Assembly: GCF_009834535.1 (NCBI RefSeq)
Contig: NC_045696.1
Span: 63,242,001-63,306,000, forward strand
Source: Camelus ferus
Lineage: Eukaryota
DNA: 64,000 nt
Reading direction: 5' to 3'
Shown: piece by piece, positions 55,030 to 64,000 of the stretch
Numbering within the stretch: the stretch's first letter is position 1
Layout: each line of letters opens with the position of its first letter
The notes under the pieces: generated by a model
Seen by the model: the letters and a program-made list of their open reading frames with translations, nothing else
Database searches by the model: none
Told to the model about the DNA's origin: nothing
Position numbers and translations under genes: made by a program

Positions 55030-58000
55030 CTCCTGGATGTTATCATCAAACATTCAGAAAATTACAGAGAACAACTTTGGACACCTCAATCAGCTATGTG
55101 CAGTCTTTATACTTTGCTATATTTGCTTCAGATTTTTTTTAACCAAATAAAATACAACAGACAAAGTTGGAGGCACCTGTTTCCATCTCTTCCTTGTCCT
55201 TGGTCCTCGCCTCTCCTCTCCTTAGGGGTAAGCACATTAATAAATTTGGTGTTTCACACCCCTAGACGGGTTTTTATACTCTTCCTACAGCTCTAAACAA
55301 TCTGAAATAACACTTTGCCTGTTTTCAAAATTTTATATAAATGCTACTCTGCATATAGCATTCTTCAAATTTATTTTTTCTGGGCTAACACATTTTTGAG
55401 ATTTATCCATGTGAAGCATCTGGCTCTAGTTCATTCATTTTAATAGCTGCACAATATTCAATTGAGTGAATAAACCACAATTTATCCCTTCTCTTGTTGA
55501 TGGACATTTACTCCCAGTATTTTTCCTTTTTATGCTCCATTATTCCGCATTCTCACCAACTCTTGACAATATCTGAATTTTAAATTTTTATCAGTCTAAT
55601 AGGTAGGAAATGACATCTCATTGTTGTTTTATCTTACATTTCCCTGACAACTAGTGAAGTGGAGCTTATTTTTAAGTATTTATTGAACATTCAGATTTCT
55701 TCTTCTGAGAATTATCTGTACATATACATTGACCAATTTATAATGGGGCATTTTGTCTTTTTCTTATTGAAATGTAAGAACTCTTTACATATCCTGGACA
55801 CTATTCCTCTGTAAATTATGTGCTTTGCAACTACCTTTTTTCAGTTTGAGTCTTCTTCTTTCACCTTATTTATACTGCCTTTGTAAAGAGCAACAACTTT
55901 AATTTTAATTTAGCTAAATTTAGCAATCTAACTTTATGTTTTGTGCTTTTGAAAAATAATCTTGTTTTAAGAAAGTCTTCCTACTCTCAAGTCATAAAGT
56001 TACTCTCCTGTGTTTTCTTCTAAAATTTGCAAAAGTTTGCTTTTAACATCTAGGTCTTTAATCTACATGGAATTTATTTTAGTATGTGATGTGATATAGG
56101 GAAACAATGGTATTTTTTCCCAGATGTACATCCTACTGTCCCAGACCATTTATCACATTGTCCATTCTTTCCCTACTGGTTTGCAAAGCTAGTTCTGTCA
56201 TTTATCAAGTTTCCTTCCACACACGGGTTGGCTTCTGGGTTCTGGAGCCTAAACTGTTGGCCTATTTATCTAGTCTTATACTCACTGTCTTCATTATTGC
56301 AGCTTCAATACCTCTTGGTAGAGTCACCACTCCACCTTGTTGTTCTTCAGAAAAGTCTTATCTGTTCTGGGCCCTTTGCAATTCCATGCATATTTTAAGG
56401 TCAGCATGTCCAGCTCCACTGAGAAACCCTGCAGGGATTCTGTAGGCAGCTGGCATCCCCCAGAGTGAGTGGTTCAAGAGAGAGCTATCAAGACGGAAGT
56501 CAGTGTCTTTTATAACTCAGCCTTGGAAGTCACATTTCATCGTTTCCTCAGTCTCCTACAGGTATTGGCAGGTCAGGCTCTTCAATGAGGGAGGGCACAA
56601 CGCTGAAGTGAGAACACCAGGAGGCAGAGATCACCCGGGGCCATTTGGGAGACTGGCTGCCACACATGTCTAAGTTTGTGTGGCTTATTCTTAACTACTG
56701 CTTTAATTTAGTTCAGTGGTTATAGATCTGTTCAGTCTTCTATTTCCTCACTATCATTATGTTACATGTTTTTTAGGAAATTGTTCATTTTGTCTCTAAG
56801 TCTTCAAGTATATTAGCCTAGCGTTTTTCATAATATTTTAATTTCTGTTTTGCTTTCAAATCTCTGTTGTATCTATTGTTGGCCCCCTTTTTTCATCCCT
56901 AATGCTGTTTATATCCATCTCCCTTTTTTTTAAATCAATCTCACAAGATTTTTTTTTTCTATTTTACTAATTTTACTAAGAACAAACATTGGGCTCTGCA
57001 GCCCCTCCCTAGTGCATTGTTATTTTCTGTTTCATTCACTGTCAGCTTTTATCTTTATTATTTCCTTCCTCTATTTTCTTGGAGTCTGTTTAGCAGTTTT
57101 CTCTTCATGACTTCTTAGGTCAGATACTTAGCCCATCGATTTTTATTTATTCTTTCACCTTTTGGGGGATATAAATTTCCCCTAAGGACTTCTTCAGCAG
57201 CAGCTCCTATTTTAAGCTGTGGTATTATTGTTAATGTTAATTCTCTGCTATTGTTCAATTCTGTATTTTCTCATTTCCATTATGATTGTTTCTGTGAACT
57301 GAGTTGTCTAGAAGTGTGCTTTTAATTCCAGTTTTTTTTTTATACCTTTCTATTATTGATTCCTAACTCAGTTGTGGTCTGTATGATCCCCATTGTTTGA
57401 ATCCTTTCCCCTGCTCTCCTTTTCCCTCCCAATTTCTGTCAAGGTTGATGACTTTTATGCTCTCTCATAATTAACATTTTGATAGTTATTGAAAATGAAC
57501 AGAAAGGAATTGATGTTATTGTTTCTTTGTAAATATTATTTACTATCGTGTCAAATAGAACATTGTAATTACATTTCCTTTCTAGCACTTCCTTCATTTT
57601 CCTGGAATTTGTAGAAACCATTCTGAGCAGGCTACCCAGCTGTCTCCTGGAGCTTCTCTTCATGGCTTTCCTTGGTGGCTGCCACTGCCTCCTAAATTCC
57701 ACATCCCTCTCTTTCTAGTGTGCTCTCTCATCTTATAACTCAACTTGCTAGGAGAAGGGATACAGAGGGTATCCCCTTTTCTGAGTCCTTAGCTGAAAAT
57801 GTCTTTATTCTCCTCTCACACTTGGTTGCTAGTTTAGCTGGAAATAGAATTCTAAATTCAAATAATTGTTTGCACCAAGATTACCAGTGAAAATTCATTG
57901 TTGTTATTTACAGCTGGCTCATTTTTCCTTTTTGGGAGCCATTAGGATCTTCTGTACATCTTTTGGGTTCTGACTTCAATGTGATGTGCTATGGATTCCT

Positions 58001-58620
58001 CTTTATTTCACTTACATGGCTGCGAACGTCCAGGGTCCTCTGGAGACCTGTGTCCTCAAGTTTTGTGAAATTTTCATACACTATTTCCTTGATAATTTTT
58101 TGCCTCTCTTTTAAGCTTTTTTATCTTCTCTTTTCTTCTGTCTTTTAAATATCTCTCTTCTACTTTCTGGAGACTTCTCAACTCTATGTGCTAACACTTT
58201 AATTAAAATGTTAATCTCTGCTGTTGTATTTTTAATTTCTGTGGTTGCCTGTTCTTTAATTGTTCCTTTTTATAGACTCTTACTTTGTTTCATGGATGTA
58301 GTCTCTATTAGAGTTCTCTCAGGATACTAGAGTTTAAAATTTCTTAGTTTTTAAAGTTTCCTTTTCCTTTCCGACTATATCTGTTTTCTCTGGGATTTGT
58401 TGTCGTTTGCTGCTTGCTTCCCTTAAATCCTTGGTTGTTGGTTCATATTTTTTAAGTGAGGCAATAAAAATCACCAACTTCGAGAACTTTATGCACAAGG
58501 GCAAGATTTGTTGACTGGAAAGATTCGTGGTATGGTGCTGGGGTAGTAAGCTGAGTATTATACTGGACCTCTGCAAGACAGAATATTTGTGAGAGGGTTG
58601 TTTTTAATTGCACATTGTAA
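55030..58620 (-). mobile_element. Large L1M remnant block
   Basis: ttttgagatttatccatgt...tctagttcattcattttaatagctgc...tgttgatggacattt...catctcattgttgtttt. Confidence 0.75.
56445..56665 (-). mobile_element. MLT1 (MaLR) LTR fragment nested in L1
   Basis: ggcagctggcatcccccagagtgag...tcagccttggaagtcac...ggggccatttgggagactggctgccaca. Confidence 0.75.
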
Positions 58621-59549
58621 TTTTTAAAAATAACTTGTTTGTTTGTTTTTCTTCCTAGGGATGAAAGCAGAGGCAACTGTTCCCCATAGCAGCGTACAAA
58701 TAGCTCCCTGGTTTTTACTCCCACATCTCATACCTGTCTTGTGTTGTACCTGGTGTAGCCGATTTTCAAACCTCTCTGGGTTTCTGTTAAGAAAATGGGG
58801 TCTCTCTGCTCACACTAGCTATGGCTTCTTCCTCCTCACCTCTTTTCAACTGTTCTGTTCCAACTTGCTGAGATCTCTAGTCCATTGGTAATCCTCTCCC
58901 ATTCCCTGAGATGTGGTGGGTTTATCATTTAAAATCCTTTGCTACCATCTAAGTGGGGCCCTTGGAGGGAGAGGAGGTAACTGGGGACAACTTGCACATT
59001 TCACTGAAAGTCCATCCATTTTTATTCTCCAAGTTTCCAGTCTCTCCCTCCCCACCAATCCCGTCCCTGGACACAGCATGTTGTAATTGGCTCCTCTGTC
59101 TGGAATAACCACAGGTTGGGTCTGATCTCTGCTGACATTGGGACTGACCAAGTCTGTTTTGGAAGAAGTCACACTAGGCTTCCCAGCTTTTAAAAATCCC
59201 CATTACTCCCAGGGCATGCCGAAGGCAAGGGAGATTCCAGGACTCACTGCCCAGTAGCTGCACACACCCTCAGTAGGAATCTGGAATGTTACAGGATGAT
59301 TTCATCAACATCATAAAGAGACAAGCATTAATTGAATTCAGTGGCTGGATCCAGAGTACTGGGAGCCTGAGATGCCTGAGGTGGGGAAATGATGAACAGC
59401 CTCTCCCCAGTGACACTCTTCCTCCATCCCTTCCACCTCTCTGTTAATGCTTCCAGGTGCGTCCTCGCTTTTATTACCCCAGCACAGATACTGATATTTT
59501 CAAGTCCAACACTTGGGAGGGTTCTGTGTTCCAGCTGCTACTACATTCA

Positions 59550-59760
59550 ACCAAGCTTTATTAAACATCTAATACATGCTTGGTACCATGAAATCAATTT
59601 TTCTAACCCTCACAACTGCTCTGGGAGGTGGGTATTATTATCCCACTTTGTTGATGTGAAAACTGAGGTCCAGAGTGGAGGAGTAATGTTCCTAAGGTTA
59701 TGATTGGCGGAGCTGTCATGTGGGCTCAAGTCTCTTGGCTTCTGGCCTTGATTACTCCAG
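59550..59760 (-). mobile_element. MIR SINE
   Basis: aaccctcacaactgctctgggaggtgggtattattatcccactttgttgatgtgaaaactgagg. Confidence 0.8.
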
Positions 59761-61118
59761 CCCCCCTCCCCCACTGCTTCTCCTGGAATGAATGGGTCAG
59801 CTGCTCAACCCAGGACCCAGGAGCGAGGGAGGTAAGCACCAGGAGGACACTCACATCCGCGGCTGTAGATGCCCTGACCTCGTGGTTCTAGTCCCTTAAA
59901 CCTACTGGGGACTCCCTGAGATCTTAGAGTTATTTGTGGGGGCTTTGGCTGCTGAGAAGGAGAGAAGAAGAATCAAGAGAGAGGAATACAGAAGAGAAAA
60001 GGGTGGGAGAGAGGTAGTTGAGAGGGGAAGGAGATGAGAGAAAGGAGGTAGAAATCTAAGTGTGGGCCATTCTGACAGTTGCTGCCGGCTTGGCCCTGAT
60101 CCAGCAGGAGCCATTTGGGGGCCCATGGGAGGCACACTTGGTTGGTGGGAACAGAACAGAATTGGTCTCAGAGGTGGGTCTCAGCAATGCCACTGACTCA
60201 GTTTCCCCATCCTCCTGGGATGTTATAAGAATCAAAGAAGATAATGGAGGTAAAAGTGCATGGTCTCGCTCACCAGGGAAGGGTTCCCTTGTGGTTTGCA
60301 CACAGGAGGGTGAGGCGGTATTTGACCCACTGCATTCACACCCCAGAGCATAACCCAGAACAGTCCCACTTGGCACAAAGAAGACCCAGGACAAAGAACA
60401 TCAACAGAGGGTGCCAGGAGGTGACAGGGGTGTAGGATGCATCTTCTGCACAAGCCTTTCCCAAGGTACCGTCCTCCCTCCCCAGACCCCACAGCCCAGA
60501 GTGCCCATGCTCTCTCCCATTGGCTGTGGGGCTGCCAGACTGAGGCCCACCAGCTACCTTGGGCAGAAGGCAGAGAGTTGGGCCTTCTCTCTGGATCCAA
60601 ACCCCTAGCAATTCATGTCTGCAGGGACATCAAAAGAAAAACAGAATATGTCAGTATTTCCAAGTTTTTGCCCCTTCAAGCTCATGTTCAAAGTCAGCCT
60701 CAGTTTAATTTTTTTTCAGTTAATTTGTAGGACAGGAGTAGAGGAGATGGCATCAATGAAACTCTGCAGGCCACCCACCTTTGGGAATACTCTGTTCTAG
60801 TGTGTTATTGGCCCAACAACCCAGGGGAATTTAGGTGGAACACAGTCTATCTGAGGATGAACCTCAGAGATCCTTCTGGATGCATCAGACCCTGGGTGCC
60901 ATGACTCTCCCAGAGTCTACTACCCTTCTGGTCCAACTAAAGTAACTCCTGGGCTCTGTAAGATGTATGAACATTTCTGGTGATGATGGAGACCCCAGGC
61001 TTTAATTTAAGGAAGATTCTTCTCTGTTCAGATCTGTCAGTAGGTCAAACAAGCTGCCTTGACAGGTAGTTTATCTCACAATCCTGGAGGCAATCAAGCA
61101 GAGGCTGGCTCTTTTTGG

Positions 61119-61141
61119 AAAAACAAAACAAAACAAAACAA
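61119..61141. repeat. (AAAAC)n short repeat
   Basis: aaaaacaaaacaaaacaaaaca. Confidence 0.85.
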
Positions 61142-61348
61142 AGAAAGCAATCTTAAAAAAAAAAGGAGGAGGGGGACAAAAACTAGCCCTGCTTTCTTGT
61201 CTCCACGCCTAGTGTGAGCACATCCTTCTTTTAACTCTCTTTTCCCTTTTATGCCAGGGTGCTCCTGGATAAAACCGCAAAGTCTTAAAGGCTACATCCA
61301 AATGTAACCACTCCCACAGGCAGAGTTAGTTGTTCTCTGTGGAACATG

Positions 61349-61768
61349 ATGGCCAAACAGGTGGCCACCGAAGATGTCCATGTTTTAGTCCCAGATCCAT
61401 GACTGTGTGAATAGGTTACCTTGCGTGGCAAAGGGGACTTCGCAGGAGTGATTAGGTTGAGGAACTTGAGTTGGGAAGATTATCCAGGTGAGCCCAAAGT
61501 AATCACAAGGGTTCTCATAAGCGAAAGGAGGCAGGAGGTCAGGGAGAGATCTGAAGATGTGACAGCAATGCTGTTGGCTTTGAAGATGAAGAAAGGGGGC
61601 CCTGAGCCAAGGAAGGCAGGCAGCCTTTAGACACTGGAAAAGGCAAGGGAGTGGATCCTCTCCTGGTACCTCCAGGAGGACACCAGCCCTACTGACACCT
61701 TGATATTCGTCTAGTGAGACTCTTTTGGGATTTGTGGTAATTTGTTACAGCAGCAATAGGAGACTGAC
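61349..61768 (+). mobile_element. MLT1D-like MaLR solo LTR
   Basis: gttaccttgcgtggcaaaggggacttcgcagg...gattatccaggtgagccc...ggctttgaagatg...ggaaaaggcaaggga...gtggtaatttgttacagcagcaatagg. Confidence 0.88.
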
Positions 61769-63159
61769 TTTGCCCATTTCCCTGCCTCAGTTACAGCATC
61801 TAGCACACTCTACTGTAATTCTGCAGGTGTGGATCTCCTTTACTGGGCTCCTCGGGGTAAAAGCTGTATGCGAACACCCTCTGCCATGGCGCTAGCGGGC
61901 CCAGCAGGTGCTGAGAGTTAGCTCTCGGCTGGATGAATACGTCACCGCTGAGCCAGCCCCCAGACCCAGAGCTGAGGTTAGCGTCACCATGGGCTGTGCT
62001 GGGGAGTTCACCCTTGACCCCGCTGCCTTTTAGAGCGTTAAATATTCCTCCTCTGTAAGGTTTTGGAAAATTAGGATTTGCCACAGCTTTAATTATGAGC
62101 ACAGGTGACCAGAAATGTTCTCTGAGCAAGTGTGGCTTTCGTGTGTGTGTGACCGAAGCTTGAATCAGGGGGTCTAAACGCGAAATAATAGGAAGGAGAA
62201 GGGGCAGGTGGATAAGCCGCCTCCTTAGGTCTCCGGGAGGGTGATTTGAGATGTTGGCCTTCACCTTGAATGCTATGTTCAATCCTGGGAGCCCAGACAA
62301 CTGATTAATCTAGTAGAGAGAATATAGTAGAAAATGACTAGGAATGGATGGTGGGAGGGGGAGCTGGTGGAGGACTGGGACCAGTCATAGGGAAACTGGT
62401 TGAGAGAGGCAGGGGTGTTCAGCCTGGAAAGGAGGGGATTAGGGTGCTTGTCACTGTGTTTCACCAGTTCAAGGGTTGATATGGGGAGGAGGAAGGGATT
62501 TATGCCATGGGATTTCAAGGGACCGAACAGGAGGCAGGAGACACAGGGCGGGTAGGGGAGCAGATTCTTGGTCCCAGGGTGGGAGCGGCCGTTCTGTGGG
62601 GCCACGAGCTGTCTCTGTGAGCTCTTCCAGCTGCGGCCGAGCCACCTCGAGATAGAAGGAATTGCAGTGTTTGGTGGAGACGGGAGTGAGGCTGGCATGT
62701 GTGCTTTAAGATCCCTTCTCCCTCGCACGGCCTGTGATTACTCGAGCCTGCCCTGGGTTGAACTGGGTGGATATGGGCGTATCCCGCTGCCCAGCATCTG
62801 GCCACTGGAGACTCTGGCCATGCCTTGCTGAGCTGATCTCACAGAGAGGAAGAGCAATTTGCAGGCACAGTGTCGGTGTGGGTGTGTAATGCTCTGGGGT
62901 CAGTCCACATCCTCAAACACAAAGCCAGCCATCCCAACAGCAGGCTTTTTGTAGCTTACTGTTTCCGGGGAGGAGGTCTCTCGGTGGCCAGCAGGGCCTC
63001 CCAGGGTTTTATATTCCCGGATTGTTTTAGAAAGTCTCAATCCTAGGTTCACACACAGTCCTTAGAGGGCTGGCCCCTGGCCAGGGTGTGTGTCTGCTTT
63101 TCTCCCCCATCCCTGCCCCTTCCGCGAGATGTCCAGTCCCTCCTCCCATGGATCAGATC

Positions 63160-63275
63160 AATGCTCTGCTACTGAGCAGCTATGTGACTGTGAGTTCTTC
63201 CATCTCCCTGGGCCTTAGTGTCCCCATGTATAAAACGGGGGTCTGGACTGGAAGGCCCCTCCCCATCTGATTCTA
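63160..63275 (+). mobile_element. MIR fragment
   Basis: gcagctatgtgactgtg...ctctccctgggccttagtgtccccatgtataaaacgggg. Confidence 0.7.
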
Positions 63276-64000
63276 TAGGAGCCCAGAGTCTAGGTCCTGA
63301 ATCAAATCACTTCCCCTTCTTTGTCCATCTACCTCTGTCCTCTCAAAGACACATTCCTGTCACCTGTTTCCTCCACCCCCAGGCTGCCTTGGAATGGCTG
63401 GCCCTGCTCCTCCCCCTCCTAATGCTTAAGCAGCTACAGAAAGGGCTCTTCCCAAAATAGGTGGAGAATCGATCTAAGTGCTTGTCTGGGTGTCCCTGTC
63501 CCCATGTTCATTCCTTCTGCCTGTACCACACTTTGCAGAAACACATTTTGGCTGGTTGTCCTCATGACTCCTGGTTGGAGGGCACCCTGGTGAGGGTCCC
63601 CTGCGAGTCCCTGGTTCAGTCTGGGCTGTGGCTGGGCCCAAGACTCCCTGCTGACTGGGAACACTGCCTGCGTGCTCTGCAGCAGCTCCCAGCTGCCCCA
63701 TCCCTGCCTGCAAAGAGAGAGCTCATCCTCTGGCACCACGCCTGGAATCTCACTTTTCCCAGCGCAATGGCCAGAGGTCCCCTAGATTATTGTGACCTTG
63801 CTTTCACCCACCAGGTGGCTGGGAATAGGCGTTCTTGGACCATACATCCTGGGCCCTGCGTAGAATTTGCTTTCTATGTTATGGTGATCTCACTGGCTCC
63901 CATGGAGGGATGTGCTAAGAAACAACCCTGAGCAGCTCACAGCTCCGTCTGTTAGGATGCTTGATCTCTCTTTTTTTTTTTTAATTTTTAATTTTATTTT

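Noticed and set aside
59955..60055. Purine-rich GA tract (possible triplex)
   Set aside because: Low-complexity sequence with no clear mirror repeat.
60060..60353. 97-aa ORF with a signal-peptide-like start and NRT/NAT sequons
   Set aside because: GTG start, the second half runs through MIR-like sequence (ctcagtttccccatc...gataatggaggtaaaagtgc), and there is no recognisable homology.
58620..64000. LRRC15 or another LRR gene expected by synteny
   Set aside because: No LRR-coding ORF in this part of the window. A non-coding first exon cannot be excluded but is unsupported.

Overview
Mammalian genomic DNA, probably camelid, judged from one tRNA-derived SINE at ~12.6-12.75 kb. The + strand carries the 3' ~83% of ATP13A3 (P5B-type ATPase, polyamine transporter). 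It has 27 traceable coding segments from 1 to the stop at 45268, including an 18-nt microexon and a 90-nt cassette exon, plus a ~3.2 kb 3'UTR ending near 48500. About 1.6 kb downstream, on the same strand, is a complete GP5 (platelet glycoprotein V): GATA/Ets promoter, short non-coding exon 1 and a single-exon 557-aa CDS at 51167-52840. The rest is intronic or intergenic DNA rich in old repeats (L1, L2, MIR, MER3, MER20, MER97, MER21, MLT1, Tigger). I found no evidence of a wholly new biological system. Two splice anomalies stand out. First, the ATP13A3 junction 8812/11698 is one nucleotide out of frame with canonical GT/AG. Second, the GP5 acceptor expected just before the ATG reads AA instead of AG, with a likely replacement acceptor 25 nt upstream. 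Human/mouse comparisons and repeat family names are from memory, not from searches, and repeat boundaries are approximate.
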